Positions 8,725 through 16,745 of a stretch of 64,000 nucleotides of DNA are shown here, piece by piece (position 1 is the stretch's first letter; the number at the start of each line of letters is the position of its first letter). Origin of the DNA: Acidimicrobiia bacterium. GTDB taxonomy: Bacteria; Actinomycetota; Acidimicrobiia; Spongiisociales; UBA11373. The position numbers were made by a program, and so were the translations under genes. The stretch lies in NCBI GenBank assembly GCA_046714175.1, contig JBKKBI010000084.1, forward strand, positions 26,284 through 90,283. Direction: 5' to 3'. Under the pieces are notes generated by a model. That model was not told where the DNA came from. It ran no database searches and saw only the letters and a program-made list of their open reading frames with translations.

Positions 8725-9434
8725 GCACCGCCGTCACGATCTTCCCCTTGCCGGGGATTCCCGAGATCGCCGTCGGCGATGACCTGCCGGCATTGCTGCT
8801 GGCGGCGATGCAGCGGGCCGGATGCTCCCCGACCCCCGGCGATGTGCTGGTCGTGACCCACAAGGTGGTCTCCAAAGCTGAGGGGGCAGTCGTAACCCTC
8901 GAGGGGGAGGACGAGGAACTCGCCTACCGGAACCTGGTGTTGAGCGAAGCGAGGGACGTGATCCGGCGCCGCGGTGACCTCGTGATCGCCCGCACCAAGC
9001 ACGGGTTCATTTGCGCCAACGCCGGTATCGATCGTTCCAACGCCGCCCCGGGGACTGCGGTCCTGCTCCCCCACGATCCCGATCGCTCGGCGCATGGGAT
9101 TCGCCTGGCGATCCGCGCCGCCACCGGCGTGGATCTCGCCGTGATCATTTCCGATACCTTCGGCCGCCCCTGGCGCCGGGGACTGACCGATGTCGCCATC
9201 GGCGTGTCGGGGATGCTCCCGATTCACGATCTGCGTGGCACGGTCGACGCCACCGGGCGAGAGTTGCACGTGACCGAAGTCGCGGTGGCCGACGAGATCG
9301 CCGCCGCCGCCGACCTGGTGATGGGAAAGGCTGCGGCGATCCCGGCGGCATTGGTGCGCGGAGTGGTGGTGCCAGCCGGTGAGGGGCGGGCAGCGGACCT
9401 GGTGCGGCCGGACGCGGAAGACTTGTTCAGGTAG
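8721..9434 (+). CDS. cofE: Coenzyme F420-0:L-glutamate ligase CofE (FbiB N-terminal-type, no nitroreductase domain)
   Basis: The ATG at 8721 overlaps the cofD stop. The product (237 aa) carries CofE family motifs (HKVVSKAEG, ICANAGID). The listed ORF from 8241 is an upstream in-frame extension that runs across cofD. Confidence 0.8.
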   Translation: MSTAVTIFPLPGIPEIAVGDDLPALLLAAMQRAGCSPTPGDVLVVTHKVVSKAEGAVVTLEGEDEELAYRNLVLSEARDVIRRRGDLVIARTKHGFICANAGIDRSNAAPGTAVLLPHDPDRSAHGIRLAIRAATGVDLAVIISDTFGRPWRRGLTDVAIGVSGMLPIHDLRGTVDATGRELHVTEVAVADEIAAAADLVMGKAAAIPAALVRGVVVPAGEGRAADLVRPDAEDLFR

Positions 9435-9517
9435 GGGCGAGGGGCGAGGGGCGAGGGGATGACAGATGGCAGATGGCAGATGGCAGATGGCGAGGGGCGA
9501 GAGGCTAGGGGCCCCGG
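9434..9517. repeat. Phased heptanucleotide tandem array, 12 units: GGGGCGA x3, GGGGATG, ACAGATG, GCAGATG x3, GCGAGGG, GCGAGAG, GCTAGGG. It begins on the last base of the cofE stop TAG.
   Basis: Read directly. All units share one 7-nt phase. The same unit types recur at 18498-18532. Confidence 0.9.
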
Positions 9518-9535
9518 TTAACTGAAGACTCTCCC

Positions 9536-10420
9536 ATGCCCGAACTCCCCGACATCGTCGTCTACCTGGAGAGGCTGCAGGCCCTGGTCGGCGAAGGGCC
9601 GCTTCTTGGCATCCGCTTGGGCAGCCCCTGGGTGTTGCGCACCGTGGATCCCCCGATCGAGTCCGTGGCCGGCAAGAAGGTGATCGGTTACCGGCGGATC
9701 GGCAAGCGGCTGGTGTTCGCCCTCGAGGACGACCTCTTCGTCGTGATCCACCTGATGATCGCGGGGAGGATGCGGATGCGGGCTCCCGGGACCGCGATCC
9801 CGCCCAAGCGCGGGTTGGCCGCACTCGACTTCCCGGCCGCAACCTTCTTGCTCACTGAAGAGGGAACCCAAAAGCGCGCCAGTGTCCACGTGGTGCGGGG
9901 GACGGCGGCGCTCGCTGAGCACGATCGCGGCGGCCTGGAACCCTACGCCATGACCGCGGCGGAGATGGGGGCGGCGCTGCGCCGGGGGCGCCACACCTTG
10001 AAGCGAGCCCTCACCGACCCCCGCGCCTTCTCCGGGATCGGAGGGGCCTACTCCGACGAGATCATGCATCGCGCCCGACTGTCGCCGATGGTCCTCACCG
10101 ACAAGCTCACCGACGACGACGTCGGCCGACTCCACGCGGCCACCACGGCGGTGCTCACCGAGTGGACCGAACGGCTTCGCGCGGAAGTCGGCGACGGTTT
10201 TCCGGAGAAGGTCACCGCCTTCCACGAGGCGATGGCAGTGCATGGCCGGTTCGGACAGCCATGTCCAGTGTGCCGGGCGCCGGTGCAGCGCATCGTCTAC
10301 GCCAGCAACGAGACCAACTACTGCCCGGGATGTCAGAACGGCGGGAGGATCCTGGCGGATCGGGCGCTGAGCCGGCTGCTCAAGGACGACTTTCCGCGCC
10401 GGCTGGAAGATCTGGAGTAG
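9536..10420 (+). CDS. Fpg/Nei family DNA glycosylase (formamidopyrimidine-DNA glycosylase / endonuclease VIII-like)
   Basis: N-terminal MPELPD catalytic Pro2/Glu3 and a C-terminal zinc finger (CPVCRAPV...YCPGCQ). Confidence 0.8.
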   Translation: MPELPDIVVYLERLQALVGEGPLLGIRLGSPWVLRTVDPPIESVAGKKVIGYRRIGKRLVFALEDDLFVVIHLMIAGRMRMRAPGTAIPPKRGLAALDFPAATFLLTEEGTQKRASVHVVRGTAALAEHDRGGLEPYAMTAAEMGAALRRGRHTLKRALTDPRAFSGIGGAYSDEIMHRARLSPMVLTDKLTDDDVGRLHAATTAVLTEWTERLRAEVGDGFPEKVTAFHEAMAVHGRFGQPCPVCRAPVQRIVYASNETNYCPGCQNGGRILADRALSRLLKDDFPRRLEDLE

Positions 10421-10456
10421 GCACTAGCCAACGGGCAACGTTCCTGCGGGAAGCGG

Positions 10457-11392
10457 TCAGCCCTTGCGCGCCCACTCGATCGTCTTCTTGAGGCCGGTGC
10501 GCAAATCGGTCCAGGCTTCCCAGGCGAGTTCCTTCTTGGCTCGGGCCGGATCGACCACCGAGCGGAGCACCTCGCCGGGTTTGGGAGCGACATGATCGGC
10601 ACGGGTGGCGTAGCCGATGAGGTCGGCCATCGTCTCGTACAAGGTGTTGATCGAGGTCTCGATGCCGGTGCCGACATTCATGAAGAGCCCATCACCGGCA
10701 TCGGCGGCGCGCGCAAAGGCATCGCAGACATCCCCCACATATACGAAGTCGCGGGTCTGGCGGCCGTCACCAAAAATCACCGGACGGCGTCCCTGCAGCA
10801 TCGCAGTGGCAAAGATCGCCACCACGCCGCCCTCGAGGGAGGCATCCTGCCGCGGTCCATACACGTTGGCCAGGGCGAGCAGCGAGTACTCCAGACCCGC
10901 CGATTCGCGATACCAGCGGAAGTAGTCCTCGACGATCTTCTTGGAGATCCCATACGGCGACGCCGGACTCTTCGCCGCGGTCTCCTTGGCCGGGACCTTC
11001 ACCCCGTCGCCGTAGACGGCTCCACCCGAGGAGGCGAAGCACACCTTGCGGGCGCCGGCGCGTTGCGCGGCGGCGAGCACATTCAAAGTGCCGAGCACAT
11101 TGACTTCGGCGTCGTGCATCGGGTCATCCACCGAGGGACGCACCTTGGACTGGGCGGCGAGGTGATACACCACCTCAGGACGGAAGCGATCAAAGATGTC
11201 TCCCAGTTCCGGAGCGCGCACGTCGGTGACGTGAACTCCCGCCACCTGCTTGCGCGCCGCGCCGAGGTTTTCCAGTTTGCCGGAACTGAGGTCGTCGACG
11301 ACGAGCACCTCCCAGTCGCGATCGAGCAGCACCTCGGTGAGGTGGCTGCCGATGAATCCGGCTCCTCCGGTGACTACGGCCTTGCGTGTCAT
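10457..11392 (-). CDS. NAD-dependent epimerase/dehydratase (UDP-glucose 4-epimerase-like)
   Basis: Rossmann GGAGFIGSH motif and YGISK catalytic motif, 311 aa. Confidence 0.8.
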   Translation of the reverse strand: MTRKAVVTGGAGFIGSHLTEVLLDRDWEVLVVDDLSSGKLENLGAARKQVAGVHVTDVRAPELGDIFDRFRPEVVYHLAAQSKVRPSVDDPMHDAEVNVLGTLNVLAAAQRAGARKVCFASSGGAVYGDGVKVPAKETAAKSPASPYGISKKIVEDYFRWYRESAGLEYSLLALANVYGPRQDASLEGGVVAIFATAMLQGRRPVIFGDGRQTRDFVYVGDVCDAFARAADAGDGLFMNVGTGIETSINTLYETMADLIGYATRADHVAPKPGEVLRSVVDPARAKKELAWEAWTDLRTGLKKTIEWARKG

Positions 11393-11399
11393 GGTCTCC

Positions 11400-12461
11400 T
11401 CATCCCGGCGGCGAAAAGGTCACAGTTCCCGCATCCAGCTCAGCACCCGGACCGATCCGAACCCCGTGGTCGAGCTCACATCCCGCACCGATCCGCGCCC
11501 CAGGGCCGACCACCGCCGCGCCGGTGACCGTGGCGCCGGCACCGATCACAGCCCGCTGCCCCACCACCGCCCGTCGCACCACGGCTCCGGACTCGATCCT
11601 GGCGCCCGACATCACCACGGCCTCGGCGACGGTGGCATCGGCAGCGACCTCCGCTCCGGGCCCAATCCAGGACCATGCCCCGGTCCCCACGCCCGCGGCG
11701 CCGCCAGCCGTGTGCGAGGTAGGGGGACGATGCAGCAGCGAGGCGCCCGCATACACGGCGTCGTGAGCGGCGAGATAGAGCGTCGGGGTCCCGATGTCGA
11801 GCCAATGTCCCTGCACGAGCACTGCGGCCAGACGACGGGAGGCGGCGAGATCTGGAAACACGACTCGCTCGAACGAGAGTGGGCCGAGTGGATACCCCGC
11901 GAGCACCTCCCGGGTCAGGGAATACATGCCGGCATTGACAGTGCGCGCCGGCGCGGAGTGCGTCGGTGGCTTCTCGATGAAGCGTTCCACCAACCCCGAG
12001 GGGTCGGCCACGACCACCCCGTAGGGACTGGTGTCAGCGACCTCGATCAATCCGAGCGTGGCCGGGGCGGTGGCAGCAATCAGAGCCGCGAGATTGGCTT
12101 CGATTACCACGTCGCCGTTGAGCACGAGGAACCTCGGGTCGAGGCGGTCGAGGATCGCCCGCACCGGTCCGGCGGTGTCTAGGGGCTCGTCCTCGATGGC
12201 GAGGTGCACCTCGATGCCTGCCGGGGACGTGGTGGAGTAAGCGTCCCATTGTTCGCGATGCCACCGGCCCATGGCGAGAAAGACTTCGGCCACCCCGAGG
12301 CGCGCCAGCTGGCGCAATTGGTATTCGACGAACGGAACGCCGGCCAGGGGAAGCAGACCTTTGGGGGTCTCGGCGGTGAGTGGCCACATCCGGGTCCCCC
12401 GGCCCCCGACGAGCAGAACCGCCTGGCGGATCGAGGTGTCGGGGTTATCCAGAGGGGGCAT
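11400..12461 (-). CDS. manC: Mannose-1-phosphate guanylyltransferase-like sugar nucleotidyltransferase with C-terminal left-handed beta-helix
   Basis: LLVGGRGTRMWPLT... nucleotidyltransferase signature plus hexapeptide repeats. Its position next to the LCP gene matches Rv3264c/Rv3267 synteny. Confidence 0.75.
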   Translation of the reverse strand: MPPLDNPDTSIRQAVLLVGGRGTRMWPLTAETPKGLLPLAGVPFVEYQLRQLARLGVAEVFLAMGRWHREQWDAYSTTSPAGIEVHLAIEDEPLDTAGPVRAILDRLDPRFLVLNGDVVIEANLAALIAATAPATLGLIEVADTSPYGVVVADPSGLVERFIEKPPTHSAPARTVNAGMYSLTREVLAGYPLGPLSFERVVFPDLAASRRLAAVLVQGHWLDIGTPTLYLAAHDAVYAGASLLHRPPTSHTAGGAAGVGTGAWSWIGPGAEVAADATVAEAVVMSGARIESGAVVRRAVVGQRAVIGAGATVTGAAVVGPGARIGAGCELDHGVRIGPGAELDAGTVTFSPPG

Positions 12462-13734
12462 CGGCCCCGACGATAACCACCACCTCCACGTCGATCGGAG
12501 TACGGCCCACGATCACCTCGCCGTACCCCAAGGCGTCCCGCACCGCCTCGGCCAGGGCCAGATTGGCCGCGCCGGCCACTATCTCGGTGACCGGGTAGTC
12601 GTCGCGCGCCGAATCGCGGGTGTCCACCACCTCGAAGCCAGCGGCGGTCAGCACCGCCGCTACCTCTCTGGCCGAACCTGCAATGCCGTTGCCGTTCTGC
12701 ACCTCGATGCGTGCTTCTGCGTCGACGGTCATCGTGGTGCCGTTGGCGAAGGCGTCGATCACGTTCGATGCATCCGGTTCAACGCGGACTACATATGCCG
12801 CGCCGCCCTCGCTGGAGGACCGCACCGGAAGAGTCATCGACTCCACATCGCCGCCGCTGATGCTGCGCATCGACCAAGCCAGATCGATGATCTCCTCGGC
12901 GTCGAAACCGCTGTCCACCGTGACGAACCCGCCCAGGGCGTCGAGGAGGCTGTGGAAGCCGGCGATCGAGTTGGGCCGGTCCACCTGGGTGAGAATCGCC
13001 AGCAGCACGTCCTGCTGGCGGCGCGTCCGCCCGATGTCATTGGCATCGACACTGACCCATTCCCCGTCGCGCAGCTCCTGATACTTGCGGCTGCGCGCAT
13101 AGGAGAGCGCAGTGTCACCATCGAGCAGCTGGGTTCCGGCACCGACATCCAGACCGGAGGAGAGATCGCGGGCGGGATAGGGAAAGGTGATGCGGATGCC
13201 GCCGATGGCGTCGATGATCGAGGCGAACCCGCCAAACTCGACCTCGAGATAGTGGTGGATGGGCAGGCCCGTCTCCGCGGCCACCGCTGCCACCAGGTCG
13301 GAGGGCCCGTCGGCAAAGGTGGCGTTGATTCGTCCGGTGCGTCCTCCGTACTGGATCTTCAGATCGCGCGGAATCGACAGGAGCTGCATCCGCCCGTCGT
13401 CGGGGTCCACCCGGGCGAGAATGATCACATCGGCACGCTGGCCGCCCGCGGGACCGAAGTTGGTCAGATCGTCGAGGTTCTCCCGGCTGTCGCTGCCCAC
13501 GAGGAGGAACGTTCGCGGGTCGGAAGGTTCCGGCGTATCGGGAAGACTCAGATCGGGCACGGTGGAGACCGCCGACTCCACCTGATTGGCGGCCCACCAC
13601 ACCGCGCCCAGCGCGCCGAAGACGACCAGGTTGGCGGTCACGAGGAAACCGACGATGACACGCTTCATCCCGCGGCGGCGCGGAGGGGTCGTCGGAGAGG
13701 AAGGAGGGACGCGGGGATGGGAGGGCATCGTCAT
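12445..13734 (-). CDS. LytR-CpsA-Psr (LCP) family cell-wall glycopolymer ligase with C-terminal LytR_C domain
   Basis: An N-terminal TM anchor, the LCP core (LLVGSDSRE...ADVIILARVD...LLSIPRDL) and a C-terminal LytR_C-like domain. Confidence 0.8.
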   Translation of the reverse strand: MTMPSHPRVPPSSPTTPPRRRGMKRVIVGFLVTANLVVFGALGAVWWAANQVESAVSTVPDLSLPDTPEPSDPRTFLLVGSDSRENLDDLTNFGPAGGQRADVIILARVDPDDGRMQLLSIPRDLKIQYGGRTGRINATFADGPSDLVAAVAAETGLPIHHYLEVEFGGFASIIDAIGGIRITFPYPARDLSSGLDVGAGTQLLDGDTALSYARSRKYQELRDGEWVSVDANDIGRTRRQQDVLLAILTQVDRPNSIAGFHSLLDALGGFVTVDSGFDAEEIIDLAWSMRSISGGDVESMTLPVRSSSEGGAAYVVRVEPDASNVIDAFANGTTMTVDAEARIEVQNGNGIAGSAREVAAVLTAAGFEVVDTRDSARDDYPVTEIVAGAANLALAEAVRDALGYGEVIVGRTPIDVEVVVIVGADAPSG

Positions 13735-13782
13735 GGCGGGAAGGCGGTTATAGCATCGGATGGGCGCTGAGAAGAAGCCCGA

Positions 13783-14325
13783 TCAGGCTGCCGCCGCATC
13801 GCCAAGCTGGCGATCGAGGAACCCGATGATGCGTCGCAGGGCATCCGCGGCCGCCACCGGGTGATATCCGACGGCGGAGTCATCCCAAAAACCTCTGGAG
13901 ACACCCCGATAGGTCACCCGCCGGCCGCCGCCGCCACCACCCCCGCCTTCGCCCCCGGTCAGGGTGAGGACGGCCACCTCCGGTGGGATCAAGGGAGCTA
14001 CGTCGGGATCGAGGAGCACCAGTGCGAGCCCACGCTCCATGGCAACTGCGGCGGCCTCCGCCGCCCCGGCGCCGACCCCGATCACGGCCCGGCGGTCACG
14101 GCGCGACCAGTCCGACCAGGCATCGCCGAGGGCGTCGACCGCGGCCGCGAGGTGACGGGCGCCCCCCGGAGGGACGACGACCGCGTATCCGTATCGGGCC
14201 AGCGCCCGCGCCAGGGTGCGCGCCGCCGGGGTGATCTCGCCCCCAACCGCGAGGGCCACTGCGGGATGGGCCGAGACCGTGTCGGGTCGCGCCAGGTACC
14301 CGTCCCGGTGGGGAGGAACCGCCAT
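13783..14325 (-). CDS. Dienelactone hydrolase family protein (short form)
   Basis: The region ...LARPD...HPAVALAVGGEITP..LARYGYAVVVP... matches the DLH N-terminal region and TYRGVSRGFWDD the DLH C-terminus. The long Arg-rich N-terminal extension of the listed ORF is rejected. A GTG at 14352 is an alternative start. Confidence 0.5.
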   Translation of the reverse strand: MAVPPHRDGYLARPDTVSAHPAVALAVGGEITPAARTLARALARYGYAVVVPPGGARHLAAAVDALGDAWSDWSRRDRRAVIGVGAGAAEAAAVAMERGLALVLLDPDVAPLIPPEVAVLTLTGGEGGGGGGGGRRVTYRGVSRGFWDDSAVGYHPVAAADALRRIIGFLDRQLGDAAAA

Positions 14326-14396
14326 CGCCTGATTGCCGTACAGGATCGAAACCCTGCCCTCACCCGGGATCACGCTCAAGACACACCTCCGGCGCT

Positions 14397-15089
14397 TCAG
14401 GGTAGCCCGGGGTACCCGTGGTCTCGTACCGTGCGCACCGCGCCGGAGTCGATCACGACTTCGCCAATGGAGGTGGCGACGAGAAGTCCACCGGCGGTGG
14501 TGATGTCGCGCGCGGTACCCGAACCGCTCGGCTCCCAGGTGATCGTCCTCCCCAAGGTCACGCTGCGGGAGCGGTACTCGTCGCGCCCCCAGGCGTCCGG
14601 TCCCGCCGCCACCCGGTCGAGGAGACGGCGCGCCCAGGAAGTGGCGACGCGGCGGGCCGCGCCGCGACCGGGATCGCGGCCGCCCAGCGCACCGATACCG
14701 TCTGCTGCCTCCGGCCAAAACAGATTTACCCCGAGGCCGCACACCACCACTCCGTCGCGATGCTCGGTCAAGATTCCCCCCAGCTTGGCTCGACCGCGCA
14801 TCAGGTCGTTCGGCCACTTCAGGCCGATGTCGTCCCCGAGAATCTCGGCGGCGGCCAGACCGGCGACGAGGGTCAGCCGCGCCAGGGCACCCTCAGGCCA
14901 CTCCGGCCGCCAGGCCAGCGAGGCAGCGACCGCTCGCGGCGCCGTCTGCCATGCCGAGCCGCTCCGCCCCCTCCCGGCGCGCTGTACCGCCGCGGTCACC
15001 AACACCGGTGCGACGCGGAATCGGGACCGCGCTTCGTCCTGTGTCGAATCGACGACGTCGAGATGAAACACCCTCAGGGGTGTAGCCAT
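14397..15089 (-). CDS. birA: Biotin--[acetyl-CoA-carboxylase] ligase BirA
   Basis: FHLDVVDSTQDEA...GRGRSGSAW...KWPNDL motifs. It lies adjacent to accD5/accA3, as in mycobacteria. Confidence 0.8.
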   Translation of the reverse strand: MATPLRVFHLDVVDSTQDEARSRFRVAPVLVTAAVQRAGRGRSGSAWQTAPRAVAASLAWRPEWPEGALARLTLVAGLAAAEILGDDIGLKWPNDLMRGRAKLGGILTEHRDGVVVCGLGVNLFWPEAADGIGALGGRDPGRGAARRVATSWARRLLDRVAAGPDAWGRDEYRSRSVTLGRTITWEPSGSGTARDITTAGGLLVATSIGEVVIDSGAVRTVRDHGYPGLP

Positions 15090-15184
15090 CGGGGCCCTCC
15101 GGGGAGTCGAACCTAGGCCGATCAAGGCGATCCGGGCCGGCGGCGTGACCGCGCGGTGACCGACCGACCATACTCCGGGGAGCC

Positions 15185-16735
15185 ATGAGCACCGAGGAGC
15201 AAATCGAACGCTTGCGCCGACTCCGCGAGGAGCACGAGCACGCCGGCAGCCAGCGGGCGGTCGACAAGCAGCACGAGGCGGGGAAGATGACCGCCCGCGA
15301 ACGGATCGACACCTTGCTCGACAAGGGTTCGTTCGTCGAGATGGACATGTTCGTGCGCCACCGCGCCCGAGGGTTCGGCATCGAAGATCGCCGCCCGCCC
15401 GGCGACGCGGTCATCACCGGGTGGGGCACCGTGGACGGCCGCCCGGTCTTTGTGTTTGCTGAGGACTTCACGGTATTCGGGGGATCGCTCGGGGAGGCGG
15501 TGAGCGAGAAGGTTTGCAAGGTCATGGACCTGGCGATGAAGACCGGGGCGCCACTGGTCGGGCTCAAGGACTCCGGCGGAGCGCGCATTCAGGAGGGTGT
15601 GTTCGCCCTTGACGGCTACGGGCGCATCTTCCACCGCAACGTCATGGCCTCGGGAGTGATCCCGCAGATCTCGGTGATCATGGGTCCCTGCGCCGGCGGT
15701 GCGGTCTACTCCCCGGCAATCACCGACTTCGTCTACCAGGTCGAGGGGACCTCGCACCTCTTCATCACCGGCCCGGACGTGATCAAGGCAGTCACCGGCG
15801 AGGACGTGACCTTCGACACCCTGGGTGGAGCCGGACCCCACAGCACGATCTCTGGTGTGACCCATTTCGTCGCCCCCGACGGCCGACAAGCGCTGGAGGA
15901 GGTGCGCTATCTCCTCTCGTTCTTGCCGCAAAACAACATGGAAGCGCCGCCTTTCTTCACCCCCACCGATCGGCCCGATCGCATGGAGGAGGGCCTGACC
16001 ACCATCGTGCCCGACTCCCCCAACCAGCCCTACGACATGGCGGAACTGATCGAGTTCGTGGTCGACGACGGCGAGTTCTATCAGGTGCACCAGCACTTCG
16101 CCCCCAATCTTGCCGTGGGCTTTGGGCGGCTCGATGGCTACACCGTCGGCATCGTCGCCAACAACCCGGCGGCGCTGGCGGGAACCCTCGACATCGATGC
16201 GTCGGTGAAGGGTGCCCGCTTCGTCCGTTTCTGTGACGCCTTCAACATCCCGATCGTGTCGTTCGTCGACGTCCCCGGATTCCTTCCGGGAGTCGATCAG
16301 GAACACGGCGGCATCATCCGCCACGGCGCCAAGCTGCTGTACGCCTATTGCGAGGCGACCGTGCCCCGGGTCACAGTCATCACCCGCAAGGCATACGGCG
16401 GTGCGTACGTCGTCATGAACTCGCGGAGCGTCGGGGCGGACATCGCCTTCGCCTGGCCGACGGCCGAGATCGCGGTCATGGGTGCGCAAGGGGCGGTGAA
16501 CATCATCCACCGCCGCGAGATCACCGACGCCCCCGATCCAGATGCCACTCGCTCCAAGCTCATCGACGACTATGAGCGGGCCTTCTCCAATCCCTACGTG
16601 GCCGCAGAGCGCGGGCTCATCGACGAGGTCATCGAACCGCGCGAGACCCGGCAAAGGTTGATCCAAACCCTGGATGTGCTGCGGACGAAGCGGGTGTCGC
16701 TTCCTCCCAAGAAGCACGGAAACATCCCTCTCTAG
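15185..16735 (+). CDS. accD5: Acyl-CoA carboxylase carboxyltransferase beta subunit (propionyl-CoA carboxylase beta, AccD5/PccB-like)
   Basis: A 516-aa carboxyltransferase with high similarity, from memory, to PccB/AccD5 (MTARERIDTLLD..., GGAYVVM...). It is followed 10 nt later by the biotin carboxylase gene. Confidence 0.9.
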   Translation: MSTEEQIERLRRLREEHEHAGSQRAVDKQHEAGKMTARERIDTLLDKGSFVEMDMFVRHRARGFGIEDRRPPGDAVITGWGTVDGRPVFVFAEDFTVFGGSLGEAVSEKVCKVMDLAMKTGAPLVGLKDSGGARIQEGVFALDGYGRIFHRNVMASGVIPQISVIMGPCAGGAVYSPAITDFVYQVEGTSHLFITGPDVIKAVTGEDVTFDTLGGAGPHSTISGVTHFVAPDGRQALEEVRYLLSFLPQNNMEAPPFFTPTDRPDRMEEGLTTIVPDSPNQPYDMAELIEFVVDDGEFYQVHQHFAPNLAVGFGRLDGYTVGIVANNPAALAGTLDIDASVKGARFVRFCDAFNIPIVSFVDVPGFLPGVDQEHGGIIRHGAKLLYAYCEATVPRVTVITRKAYGGAYVVMNSRSVGADIAFAWPTAEIAVMGAQGAVNIIHRREITDAPDPDATRSKLIDDYERAFSNPYVAAERGLIDEVIEPRETRQRLIQTLDVLRTKRVSLPPKKHGNIPL

Positions 16736-16745
16736 GATGCCCGCC

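Noticed and set aside
13783-14817. A 344-aa ORF extending the dienelactone hydrolase-like gene upstream
   Set aside because: The N-terminal 160 aa are Arg-rich with no fold signature, and the region overlaps birA, which has strong motifs. The DLH homology begins near 14325-14352.
16674-16745. Upstream 24-codon extension of accA3 (MCCGRSGCRFLPRS...) overlapping the end of accD5
   Set aside because: It overlaps the accD5 coding end in another frame. The internal ATG at 16746 has an AGGA Shine-Dalgarno sequence and begins the canonical biotin carboxylase N-terminus.
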